A stretch of DNA of 64,000 nucleotides, taken from the NCBI RefSeq assembly GCF_009914755.1, contig NC_060940.1; one strand, written 5' to 3'. The notes below the pieces were generated by a model. It saw nothing but the letters and a program-made list of their open reading frames with translations, made no database searches and was not told where the DNA came from. Shown one piece after another: positions 41,060-54,431 of this stretch. A program made the translations under genes and the position numbers. The number at the start of each line of letters is the position of its first letter. Position 1 is the first letter of the stretch. The stretch is from the human T2T-CHM13v2.0 reference genome, Homo sapiens.

Positions 41060-42270
41060 ATTTTTCTTTCATTTTAAATTCATGCCCAATCTTTTATCTA
41101 TATAGTACTCTTATTCTTTTCTACTCCCCAATTATTTTGAAGCAAATCCCAAGCACATGTAATTCCATCCATAAATAATTCAGCATGTAACTGTAAAATA
41201 TAAGGACTCATTAAACACACACATACATCCCATTATTGCATTCAAAGTTAACAATAATTTTTAATATCATCCAATATCCAGTCAGTGGTCACATTTCCCC
41301 AATTATCTCATAAACACAGCATAAAAATAAATAACCATTTGTTCAAATGAGGATCCATGAAACATCCAAATATTGCATTTGATTGCTCTTTAAGTCTCTT
41401 AAAACTCCTCTCTTTTTTTATCTTGCAGTGTATTTGTGGAAGAAATCATATTGTCTGTCCTATGATGTTTTCTACAATTTGGATTTTGTAGTTTATATGC
41501 CCACGGTGTCTTTGAACACGTTTCTCTGATCTCTGTAATTCTAGTAGATTGGTTGTTATTTCTAGAGGCTTGATTCGAATTCAATATAAAATTTTTTTTT
41601 TGTCAAACTTACTTCTCAGGAAAAATCGTATTTTTCTAATAGCTGGCACTTAAAATCTGGGGTCTTTCTTTTTGTGATCTCAACAGCCATTGAAGATTTT
41701 TTGCCTGGACCCATTGTCTCATTAGGGACCACCAAATGGTAATGTTCTAATTTTATCATTCCTTCTTCATTTATTCTAGAAATTAAAATACTTCCATGAA
41801 GACAAATAGACAAATTTTCCTTTACTATTAACTATTTGGTTACCTCAATGAATATTTTATAGATGAAATACAGGACAGATACTCTAATTTTTTTTTTTAC
41901 TATTTTCCAAATAATTTGCTTCCTATCAATGTCCAAAGATGAACATTGAGGCTGTTGTTGTTATTGCTGTTTATATGTTTGTTTGTATGTTGCTTTTGTA
42001 TCATTTTGAACTCAAAGATTTGAACATGTGATGTATTTTAATCTATTGCACTTGTTTTCAATTTAATGGTGCACTTGTTCCATTTTTGACCCATGGGCAT
42101 ATTCTCAGTTCTTTTGGCTCCTGAGTCCTTTTGGCATTGCAGTCTTTTACGTCTTTTTTGTTATCTGGAATGACAAGATATACTCATTTGCCTAGTACAT
42201 TTTCTCCTGACCCAGAATCAGCCATTTCTCCAGTGGGAAATGGTATTTAGAAAGTGTACTGTAAAAGCTA
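41060..42270 (-). mobile_element. L1MC4/5-type 3' region
   Basis: attattttgaagcaaatccc; atccaatatccagtcagtg; aatcagccatttctccag. Confidence 0.75.
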
Positions 42271-42590
42271 GAGAAGTTTTCCATGCTTCTTCTAGAGGTA
42301 AATAGTGGCATAAAAATGCCAAGCTGCAGCTCAGTCAAAATATTTTCCATTTGGGTTTAGTTTCTGCTTGAAGTAAAGAAGGGGTGTGACCTAGGTACAT
42401 TTTCAAGTTCACCAAGTTGCTATGATTTTTCCTCTTTCATTCCTTGCTTCACCATTAAGGCTTCCATGAAAAAGAAAACAAAGCAAATAAACAAAAATTA
42501 AAAATTTCCCAAAGAAAACACTATTAATTTCAAAAGCCAAATTTGTTAAATTTTATTCTGCAATCTCCACCTCCTAAAAAGGAAACAGAA

Positions 42591-42906
<316 letters not shown>

Positions 42907-43234
42907 CTAACCCCTTGATCATGTTAGTATTGACCCTAGTGCTGTCTGTTAACTTGGGATATAAGGAAAGAGTTTGAAAATATTATTCTCAGCTTTCTTT
43001 ACATATTCTCTTTAAAAATTTGCTAATATCCTCTAAACAAAACTGTTCTCTAGAGTTCAGAGTATAAACTTTCCAGCAGATGCTGCTGATGCTAAAAATG
43101 TCTCCCAATAATACCTTTTAACTCAATTTCCAATCCTTAGTCCTTTTCTACATGCTTCAAGATGGTCTGAGGATTGGCTGTGCAACAAATAGTCTGGGCA
43201 AATCTTCCTACTACAAAGCTCTTTAGCACCAAGA

Positions 43235-43670
43235 GAAGTGAGAAACTGATAGTTGCCCACCAAAGTCCTTTTTCCTTATTCTTCCTGGGCACGCAGCAAG
43301 CTCACATTTCCCAGCTGCTCTTGAAGTTAGGTATGGCCAAATAATTACATTCTAGTCAATGGATTATGGGGAGGGATGTGATGAGTCACTCCCAGGTTTG
43401 GCCCATAAAATCCTCCTCTGTGGGCTTGCCTGTGCTTTTATTTGCTTCTGGCTGGATGAGATGGAGAAACCATAAGATCCTTGCAGGCAACATGTTGATG
43501 ATGAACGAGATTCCATCTGCCTGAATCCTTGAATATCTGCAGGGAAGAGAGTTGCCCACCTCCACCAGGAATTCTCGCATAACTCTATTTGAGAAAAAAA
43601 TACACTTCCATTAAATTTCAGCCATTTCTTATGACTGGGTCTATTTGTTACCAAGTGAAGCTCACTTATA
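43235..43670 (+). mobile_element. MLT1I/J-type LTR
   Basis: cacatttcccagctgctcttgaagttaggtatggcc...ttctagtcaatgga; ccaggtttggcccataaaa. Confidence 0.7.
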
Positions 43671-46338
43671 CCAAAAGACAGCAACTCTGTAAGGGCCAGA
43701 TGCTCTGGGTTCCTGTGATCCCCGCCCATACTGTCCACTAACTCTCAAAAATCCTCTTGAAATTAAAATTTGAAGCACATTGTGTAGATATAGATTTCCT
43801 ACTCATAATATTAAATTGGCTTCAGAAAGTGAAATGAAACTTTCGGAAGCATAGCCTCTCCTAGGAACATGAATAGCCAGTATACTATTGAGTCCAAGAA
43901 GAGGACACTTCAGTTAACAATCAAACACAAAACAAAGCAACAAAAATTGTGAACTATTTAGTCAGATTGCCTGGGTTCATACAGCAGCTCCAAATTTTAC
44001 TACCTGCAATAGTAGTCTTGGTTTTCTCACCTGTAAAATGTGAATAAAGTTTTGAGTTAATTTATACAAAGTACTTAAGTCACTGCCCGGTGCATAAGTG
44101 CTCAAGCATAAAAGCTACTATTCTTGAAATTACATGAATTAATGAATCTATTTAACATATATGAATGTCATGCCTCCTATGGTCCATCTCTATGGTTGTC
44201 ACTGGGGTTTCAGGGAAGTGGGTCCTAGAGGGAAAGGAGTTCTGATCACCATCATTAGACCAAGATGTGGAATGCAATTCTAAAATGGAGCCTCAAGTAA
44301 TATATTTCCATGCACCCATGAGGGGTAAACTTTGTCAGCCTCAGACAAGAGTCTCATTTACTCATTCATCCATTCAACAAATCATAAAATAGATGTAAGG
44401 TATAAAAGTGGACACCATAGCTGGGGTTGGGGAGGGCAAAGATGAGTAAGTTATTACTAATTATTATGAGCTGAAACATTTTTCTAGGAGAGTCAGAAGT
44501 CTTCAGTGCCTTCTAAGGAAGCATGAAACAAACTGAAACTCAGACACCCATTGCTCAGCCTCCTGCCAATTCAAAAACAAGCTTTCTGATAACATGTCTG
44601 TAAAACTGGTTATTTCAGGGTGTCAAATTCAGAAACTAGGAGGGGGCCAGGCACGTGCCTCAGTGATGGCAATCAACCAGGCTGAACAACAGACCTGCAT
44701 TAGAATCCCTTCCGATGGGGAGAATGGACTTGGCCGCCATATGGGAAGGTGGACACAGTTTGCCAGTTCTCCTAAGTTTCCAAGAAAAATATCTTCACAC
44801 AGTTGTTTCTGTTTTCAGGGAAAAATCCATCAACTATTCTATAAACCTAGATTTGTATATGAAAATTTCCAATTTTTAAACATTAACCGATTCTTTAAAG
44901 AATGTTTTCCAACTGTGCATGCCCACCAAAACCCAACTGTGGGCCAAACCTGGCATGTGGGCCATCAGCTTGAGATCTCTGGTGTGTTTACTGGACAAGA
45001 GTTAAGGGGATTTGGGCAGACAGAGAGTGAGAATCATTAGTGGCAAATTTTTTTTGAGAAGAAAACAAATCAAAACAACAACAGGGAGGAGTCCAGGGCC
45101 CTGGGAAGGAAGCCACCGGACTCTCTCTTCTGTTGAAGGAAGCCACCAGCATGGCAGGGAGGCCCAGCCACACAACAGCACCCTTCACTCTAGGCATTCC
45201 ATATAAATCAGAAGTATTCACAGAGCAAGAGCCCTCCAAAGCCATTTTTTCCCAATACGAATATTGTCCGAGTGATTGTTGGGGGAATACACAAACAGAC
45301 TGCAATAAAATTAAAAATAACTTTTGAAGGAAATAGTATATTGGAAGGATTCATTACAGAAGTTCAAACAACAGCCCATATGTTTCCCCCCTCTTTATGG
45401 TAGAATATACAGAGGGTCTGTAATAAAATGAGGGCAGGGAAGGGGGGTGAAGTAGGACTTGCTTGCTGAGGTAAAGGATAAGATCCAAACAGCAGATAAA
45501 TAACCAAGATATCTTTATGATTATATAGGCACTTGCCTCCTGAGTTAGCAGAAATTTCCTTGCTGATATACATTTGCAATGAAGTTTTAATTAACACTGG
45601 TTGACTGTGATAAGAAATGAATAGTTTTCCTGTCTATTTTTCTGTCCATCTCCCAACCCCCACTCTCCATTTGTCGTTAAGTAAACCTATGAATTTAGTC
45701 CCTCTGGATATAAGTCTCTCTCTAACTTTATTGCTTAGAATCTAAAATCCCTTGTGATTTTCAGGTTGACTGAAGGTTACATGGCGATGATACAAGAACC
45801 TACCCAGAAGTTATGGTTGCTTATAATTTAAGAGAATTACATTTATTCTCAAAGTCTGTCCTAGGCTGTATACAATGTAAAATTTTATTTTATCTTTAAG
45901 ATAATAAATTTTCCTATAAATCCTGGAACATATTAACTGTTGTAGACAAGTTTTTGAGGGCCTGAAGGAACGAAGAGTAGAGGAGGAACTTTTTCATACC
46001 CACACACAATTGTGCTCAGCCTTAAATTTTCATCACAGCATATATATTAATGATATTTTTATTTATGCTTTGTCCTACAGGCTTTGATTCACAGGAGTTG
46101 ATACCAAAAGCTTAGAATATACAGTTCAGGCTTAATGAGGGATAAAGGGAAGTTGAGATTAGTTGTATCCTGAACCATCAGTGTAATTAATATTAATTAA
46201 TTTACTTTTACAAAGGAAGAAATCATCTTTTCTTTTGAAGTTTATTTTCTAAGAAGCCCTGGAGGGAGACCATATCAGACACAACTGAGCTTGAAAGGTT
46301 TAAGAAAGTACACATATGAATTGTACACATTTATAAAC

Positions 46339-46674
46339 AGAAAGAAAAGGAGATAAGGAAAGAAGGAAGAAAGGGAGGAAAGAGGAAAGAAAGGCAAAGA
46401 GGAAAGAAAGAAAGAAAGAGGAAAGAAAGGAAAGAAAAAGAAAAAGAGTAAGAAAGAAAGGAGGGAGGGAGGAAAGGAGGGAGGGAGGAAGGAAGAAAGA
46501 AAAGAAGGAAAGAAAGAAGAAAGAAAGAAAAGAAAGAAAGAAGAAGAGAAAGAAAAAAGAAAGAGAAAGAAAACAGAAGGAAGGATCTGAAGAAAAGAAA
46601 GGAAAGAAAGAAAGAAAAGAAAAGAAAGAAAAAGAGAGAAAGAAAGAAAAGAAAGAAGAAAGAAAAAAAAGAAG
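46339..46674. repeat. About 335-bp (GAAA/GGAA)n polypurine tract
   Basis: Read directly. Confidence 0.95.
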
Positions 46675-48349
46675 ACCTTTCCACTGTCATTTTAGCTAGG
46701 GAGATAATGAGATGCTGCCACTATCTTTCTCAGACCACCTTTAAAGTTTTAGGCTCTTTATTTCCTTTGCTTCCTGGTTAACCTTAAGTTTAAGCCCTAA
46801 TAAAATCCAAATTTATGGGGATCAAGCTTGTCACCAGCCTTTCATTACTGCCAGTTTCCCTTCAATTTCATCTAACTCAGTTTGGGGCATTTAAAAATGT
46901 TTTATCACACTTAGTAGAGACGTTTGGTGTAGTCGCCAGCAAGCCAAATAATGAGTGTTTTGAAATAAGCCAATACGGAGGACTCAGATCAGGGACTAAG
47001 ATATGGATAGTGCTTTAGAGAGGGGGGTCTTTGCTGGGCCCCAGTCCCTCATGTTTTAATCAGGAAAGGCGGGTGGCAGGTCACAGAGATTAGGTTTAAC
47101 CTTCCTGATATACATCAGATCTCTTGCCCTTTCAACCTTCTAGCAGTGTGAGGAGGCATTCTTTCTGAAACCCGTAAATTAGAGACCAAGGTTTCTTTGC
47201 AAAGTATAATGACAAGATGACAGAATCCCCATGAAGCCTAATTCTTTTCCCTAGACACGAGATTTTTATTTATTTTCTTTGGAACGTTAAGCTACGATCA
47301 GTGGGTCAATGGGAGTACTGCTTTTTTAAAAAAAAAAAAAGTTAAAAAAATGCTTTGGTCATGAATGCATTCTGCTAAGATTTAAGATAAAAAAGTTAAA
47401 AAAAAGCAAAGGACTCTTCCTCCTTTACATGCTTGTTTCAAAATCCACTAAGTAAGTTATTTAGGTTCTGAAAGTTGTATACAATGTAAATCCATCCGGG
47501 CTGAAGTAAAAAAAAAAACCCAGGAGCTGTAAAGCTGGTTTCTATATTGTTTGGACATAATACTGTTCTCAAGTGAAGCCATAAGGGAATAGGGCACTTA
47601 AAATAGGGTGTCACATTTCAAGGTAATAAATAGCAGATTGATTCTACCTCCCAATTGATCCTGCAGTTTACTTATACACAAGATGGAAAATAAAGTAACA
47701 AAGCCACTGTGATTTACTTTGTAGAAAGGAGACACTCAGTATTAGCTTAAGTGAATGCAAAGGCCAACTCTGACAATTTATTACAGGCTCAGTCCAAATG
47801 TAGTTTGGATCAAGTTGCACTATTGGCACACACATATTACCATGCATTTAGCATCTCAACAATTAAACACACTTTAGGCCTCTCTATTTCTTAACATACA
47901 TTTTGCTATGCTCTTCAAACTAGCCTTGTCATTCAACATTAGAAATCTGCCCCTTTTCTTTGCTTAACATAGGCTCTCTTAAATACTGGGACATCAACTT
48001 GTTCCTGTCTGTGTAGGAGTGGTTCCTAATATTTGGAAATTGGGATGTGATCTAGATGTTTGTTTTTGAAATTCCCTTCAATTATTTTCTTCCTTCCAAG
48101 CACAATGTTACATAATATGGCTGTTTCGTATTATGAATTGAAAACACTTTTATTCCAGGAGTGTTTGGGGGATTTCCCAGCATCCTTTGGGGCACCCTTA
48201 TCCACTTGTGTGGGTTTAGGGGAAATTGATCCTGGCTTCTGAATGGCTGGCTCATATTGGAAGGTGCTGACTGGCTGTATCACTTCATTCTGGACAAAAG
48301 TACTGAATCACAACGATAGAACTTACGATTTTTTTTTTTTTTTTTTTTT

Positions 48350-48570
48350 TTTTAGTTTTCACAATGTGTCATAAACTGTGGTAAGTACTTGTCAATTATT
48401 GCCAAATACAGTTTGCCTATTGTCAAAATAGCCCTATGAAGTAGGTGCTAATCTCTGCCTTTTTCAGAATGGGAAACTGAGGCTTACAGAGGTCAAACCA
48501 CAGAATAAAGGATTCACACCCAGGCCCATCTGATTCCAGAGTCCATGATCTGGGCCAGTATTGTATAATG
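48350..48570 (-). mobile_element. MIR preceded by a T run (about 48328-48353)
   Basis: gccctatgaagtaggtg...gaatgggaaactgaggcttacagaggtc. Confidence 0.8.
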
Positions 48571-49245
48571 TCTCCAAGAAGGGCACATAAATATTGTCCC
48601 AAACTCTAAATTACTAATGGCTAAAAGTTCATTGTAAAGCTATTGTTTATAATTCTCCATTAATTTGTTTCATTGAAGCAAATTATCCATCCTAAACAGA
48701 AACCTGGTGTGAGGGCTCATGATATTGGTATGCAGTTTATATTACCCTGTATCATCTCCTCTTTTGTTTCTTTGATGCCATAATAGGGCATTTCAGTTTT
48801 GTTTCTAATCAGTACTTTTTTTGGTCTTCCCATGGACTTAGAATGCAAAAACAGCTTAATAAACTAAAATTGTTTAAAAAATGAATAGTGTTGAGAATGC
48901 ATGAGCATTTAATTTTTCTCCTAACTCATTGGACAAATGAGAATACATGAGCATGTTTCTATGAGGTATAAGAAAACGATGTCAAACATTGCAGTGGAAG
49001 GCATACTTTCAAAAAAGATAAAGGAACATAGAGAACAATAGTCTTTCTGGCTTTCTGGTTCTATAAATATGACAGAGTAGATTACCCACTGCACACACAC
49101 ACACACACACACACCCCACACAGATGTTCACACAATTAAAAAAAAGACTGCTAAAAAAATGGGAAAAAACTTCTTCTATTTTCCAAAGCATTACTGAGCT
49201 CTGCATTTTTGTTTAAGTAAAGAATCCTCAGGGAGAATAAAACAA

Positions 49246-49293
49246 AAGGAAAAGACAAATCTAGAGAAGGAAAAGACAAATCTAGAGAAGGAA
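49246..49293. repeat. Perfect 21-bp tandem duplication AAGGAAAAGACAAATCTAGAG x2.3
   Basis: Copies at 49246-49266 and 49267-49287. Confidence 0.95.
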
Positions 49294-49549
49294 GGTAGTA
49301 TTCAAATTGGCTTTTGATTTCTAAATGGCTACAGAGGGCACAAGACATGGAAGACGAACAGATACCATTGTACCTCATTCTTCCTGTAAGGATGAAAGAG
49401 AAGCATTCCACATACACACATGTCACACCAGGAAGCATCACGGGAACTGGACTCCACTGTCTCCACCTTGAAACTGGATAGAAATAATTTTTAATCATGA
49501 AACTGCTCTCATTGTTGTTCGAAAATTCCTCAAGCTGAAAAATTATTTT

Positions 49550-52500
49550 AAAGTGGTGGCAGGTTTATGGAGCTCCCAGACAACTAGCAGAAGAAAATCA
49601 AATATTCTCTGCAGAAACAGAATTCCAAGTATATGCTCACAGCTAAAAATCACAAGCAACAAATGGAAGGAGATCTTATAGAAATAAAAGCCATAATCAC
49701 AACACCGAAGCCTTTGGTAATGAAATAACAAAATGCAAAATGTAAACAAAATATGTTTATTATAATTAGAAAATATAAAAGGAGATTAAAATATGAATTA
49801 GATGTAAGAGGTGATACAAAAGATACAGTAGATTTGAAAAAGTACCAAATAGAACTTCTAAGACTGAAAAAGTAAATATAATTCTTGAAGTTAAAAACTT
49901 AATGGATGTTTTTAACTGTAAATTCTAAATAGCCAAAGATATTGTGAACTGGATTCTCAATCAGAAGGAATAATGCAGAATACAGTACGGGGTGACAAGG
50001 AAATAGGAAATAAAAGAAGAGGTTACGAGGAAAGAAAGAAAAGGTCCAACATATGATTCACCAGTTTCCCCCAAAAAACAAAATGAGAAACTGAGGGAGA
50101 GGCAATATTTAAAGGCTGAGACTTTTCCAAAATTTATGAAAGATACAAGACTCCAGATTTTACGAAACACAAGGATCCACCCCAAACTATATGCAGTCAC
50201 CTTATAACAAAAACTAAAACTGTAAATGATCTTAAATTCAAGCAGAGAACAAATTATCCATAAGGAAAAACAATTGAACTGACAACTGACTTCTCAAGAG
50301 TGACATAGAAGACAATGAGATAAAATCTTCAGTACGCAAAAAACAAAAACAAAAATAAAAAACCAGTCAATTTAAAATTGCATGCAATGTCCAGCTATCT
50401 AGAATGAAGGCAAAATAAAGACGTACTCAGTTAAATGGAAATTGAGTTTAACACTAAAAGATTATCAATTAAGAAAAAATATGTTTTGCTATGAGGTAAA
50501 AGGAATTTGTATTTAAATTTAAATTTAGGTAAGCATTAGCCATATTAAAAATGATAATGCTATTTTGAGAAATTAAAATATATAGATACAAGATACTAGA
50601 AAAATTACAGTTGGAAGGTGTTGACTGGATTTGTAGCATTCTAAAATTTTAGGAGAAAAATACAGATATTAGTTAACTGTAGGTTTTGTAACCATGCATG
50701 CAAAAACCTTAGAGTTGCCACTACAGTTTTAAAAAAGAGGAAGCATGGATAATTTACAAAGCAATGAATGAAATAATGGAATTAATGGGGGAAACAAAAA
50801 TATGGAAGACACAGAGGAGAAAACAGGAAAAAATGGAACACACAAAAAGCATGTACAAGATGGTAAAAATAAATACAAGTGTATCAGTAATCACAATAAA
50901 TGTAAATGTACTAAATTTATTCCCTACTTAAAAAGCTTGACAAACCAGATTAAAACAATATAAGCAAAATGCAGATGGATGCTGTTTTTATGAGACATAT
51001 CTGTAATATAAGAACCAATAAAGTTTGAAAGTGAAAGGATAAAAAAAGATATTCCCAACAAAAGCAAGTCAAAAAGAAAGTTATGAGGCTATCTTTCTTT
51101 CAGACAAATTAGAATTTAAGGAAAAAAACTGACCAGAGATAAAGATAATAACTGCCATATGAATAATAGAGTCAAATTAGTAAGAATCTTACACAAAATT
51201 TCTAAAATTATAAGTGCTTATTACCTAGCTTCAAAATACATAAATAAAAAAGCTAGACTCTCAGGAGAAATTAATAAAATCCAGCATCATTGTGAAGAAT
51301 TTTAACATCCTCTTAATAAGTGATAAATGAAGCAGCCAAAATATTTTTTTTAATTGTAGAATATTTGGACAGCATATTCAATAAGCTTGATCTAAGGGAC
51401 CTAAATAGATGAATGAATCCTCAAATTTAAAACAGTACACTAAATGACACTCACTAAAAATTTTTGAAAACTGGCCATGCATTGTTTTTCTTTTTGCTAG
51501 TATTAACAGTTTTTAAAAGCTTACATCATAGTGTCATGTGAATCACATAATCAACAACTGATCAACAATAATAGTTAACATGCATTAACACTTAATTGTA
51601 ACTCATAAATATATACAATTTAAAAAGGAAGTGAAAAGACAACCCACAGAATGGAATATATACTTTGCAAATCATGTGTCTTATATCTTATAAGGAACTT
51701 CTATCTAGAGTATAAAGAAAGCTTGCAACTCAAAAATGAAAGACAAATAACCCAACAGATAAGTGGACAAAACATATGAATATACATTTTTCCAAAAGTT
51801 GTACTAATTGCTGATAAGCCCATGGAAATGTTCTTAACATCTCTAGCCGTCAGGGAAATACAAATCAAAGTTACAATGAGATACTATGTCACAACCATAA
51901 TCAAAGGAAAGTTAATAATAGGTGTTAATAAGAATGAGGAAAAGTCAGAAAAACAATTTCAAATGGCTAAACATGTTGTTCCTATCACTTTCACTCCAAG
52001 AAATGGAAAATTAGAACAGTCATAATCACTAAATAAATTGAATCCATAGTTAGACATTGTTCCTTAAAAAGACTCCAGTTCCGAACAGGCTTCTGGTGAG
52101 TTCTACTCACTTTTAAAGAACAATTCCAAACAAACACAAAAATTTCCAGAGAAGAATAAAAGAAAAAAACCCTCTCCAGCATATTTTATGAGACTAGTAA
52201 GTTGTGATTCCAAAACCAGTCAAAGAAAATATGATAGAGAAAAACACAGGCCTATCTCACTAATGAAAAACAAATATACTAAACAAAATATTACCAAACA
52301 GAATCTAGTTATGCATAAAATAGATAATTCATCAAGACAAGTCGGATTTATCCCTGGAATTCAAGCTTGAATTAACATCTGGAAATCAAGGAATTATTCA
52401 CCATGTTAATAAATTAAAGGAGAGAAACTACATGTTCATCTTATTAGATGCAGGAAATAAGTGTTCAATATGTGTTACTGTCCATTTAGTTAAAAAGTGC

Positions 52501-52950
52501 TCAGGAAAAAAGAGGAACTTCTTAATATGACAAAGGATGTATTTTAAAAAAAATTAAGACAAGCATTTTATTGAATGTTGAAGTGACAAATGACTTCTAT
52601 TTAAGATCACAAAGAAGGTAAGGCCAGCTCCTAGTACAATTTCTAGCCAACATCCCATGGCAGAGTCTAGAAAGCGAAGTAAGACAGGAAAAAACATATA
52701 TGGAAGGATTATTAAGCAAATAAAAATGCCATGCTATGTAGATGATGATGTAGTTTGTCTATATAAGAAAGCTAAAATTATCTACCAAAAATTATGAAAG
52801 TGAAAGAGTTTAGCAAGGTTGCCAGTTTCAAAATAGCCAAAATATAGAGGTCGGTAGCTTTTATAAACACCATCAACAGTTAGAAAATGCAACAAAAATA
52901 TTATTTACAACAGCAGTTTAAAGTAAAATACATAGGATTAAATCTAGGCC
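49550..52950 (+). mobile_element. Highly decayed L1M (ME/M4-type) ORF1 and ORF2 relic, with an out-of-order 3' ORF2 piece at about 51620-51960
   Basis: tcagtaatcacaataaatgtaaat (SVITINVN, endonuclease start) at about 50884; HRPISLM and QVGFIPGIQ (RT region) in ORF 52188..52370. Confidence 0.8.
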
Positions 52951-53988
52951 TTTTACTTTTCCATATATATTTGGAAAGTAAGTTGACTTTCAACTTCCAT
53001 TGGGATTTTGAGTGAAACTACAACCAATCTATAGAAAACTCTGGAGACAAATTATATTTTTATGGCTTTAATCATTTTTTGTGGATAGCTAAACATTAAC
53101 ATTGATGATGTTCAAGATATAATGCTGTGGGAATAAAGTCATAGCTGATTACCTAATATAAAAATACTTTTGCTCAAAAACATACAAGACTGAACAGATT
53201 AGAGACACAAGGGACAACAAGAGAATGATCACACACCATTTAGAATATGGGAGTACCAAACACATTGCTAATCTATTTCTTAATAGGTTGATGAATATAC
53301 AAATATACACTTTATTATTTTCCTTATTCTTAAAATTCAATATAATTATTTTGTATTATTTAATACAAACATAAGTGTCTTTAGGAAGACATAAACTGAA
53401 AGAAAAAAGGATGTCAAAGATAATCTACAGTGATTCTCAAACGGAGCATTAACAGTCAGTTAAAATGATGACGATGATGATGATGACAATAATAGTGGCT
53501 TTCTCTATGACATGCTACTAAGAAGTTTATTTCTAGTAATAATATACCAAAGCTGACGAATGGTTTACCTTCAAAAATTATCAATTAGAGCAGAATCAAA
53601 CTTCTTTCTATTGTAACATCATGTTCACAAACTGGCTTTATCATCTGCTTTGAACAGGGCATGAAGACAGCCACAGCAGGAATCATGCCTAACCCAGGGC
53701 CAATTTTGCTATGCCTCCCTTGGAATGACCTACTATAACTGGTAAAACTTGAACAATTGAGGTGCTTAGATGCATAATTAGATGTGTTTTCCTAAAATTT
53801 TTTTTTGGAATTCTTTCAGATTCTGGGTGCATCCATGAAAATGCTTTGCATGAGTATATATTATTGATTTATTTCACTTTGACATAACAGTAGTCATCCA
53901 GAAAGGGATTAACATTTATTGAATATCATGTTAGGCAGTGAAACATATGATCTCATTTAATTTTTATGATAGTCTAATGAGATAGGTA

Positions 53989-54431
53989 TGTCGACCTAAA
54001 AGGAAGAAGTTGAAGCAAAATCAATATACGTAGACATTTGATTTGGGTCAAGCTTGAGGATTGCAACCTGGGAGCTTAGATTCAAGTTGCCCTGAATATA
54101 CACTCTGATTATATTAGGAGCAGTTACAAGTGGATTTTTAAAGGCAAAAAAGGGGGACTGTGAGTGGGTTTATAAAAAATTGTCAGGAATTCTCATTGGT
54201 TTACAGAAATAACATTGATTAGTGATTGGCTATACATTGTGAGGCTATAGGGTGTGGGTACAGCATCCAGTACCATATTATTAGGTTACTTTATAGCTTC
54301 CTGTGCAGTTTCAAGAGATGAATACACAGCTCAAGGGGGAAGCAGGACATGACTGCTGTCTCATTTTAATGTCTCTCTGGGCCTGATTATTTAAAAGGAC
54401 TCACATTCCTTAGATAAAAGTTCTTTTCTCA
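53989..54431 (-). mobile_element. MER65-family ERV1 solo LTR inserted in a MIR
   Basis: TG...CA termini; perfect 4-bp TSD GGTA at 53985-53988 and 54432-54435; MIR sequence is continuous across the insertion. Confidence 0.85.

Noticed and set aside
44594-45040. 148-aa ATG ORF
   Set aside because: No recognisable homology and overlaps a probable hAT/MER remnant near 44940. PhyloCSF or Ribo-seq would be needed to revive it.
48328-48353. T run as the tail of a processed pseudogene or orphan insertion
   Set aside because: No TSD or cargo visible; it abuts a MIR and is best read as a mononucleotide repeat
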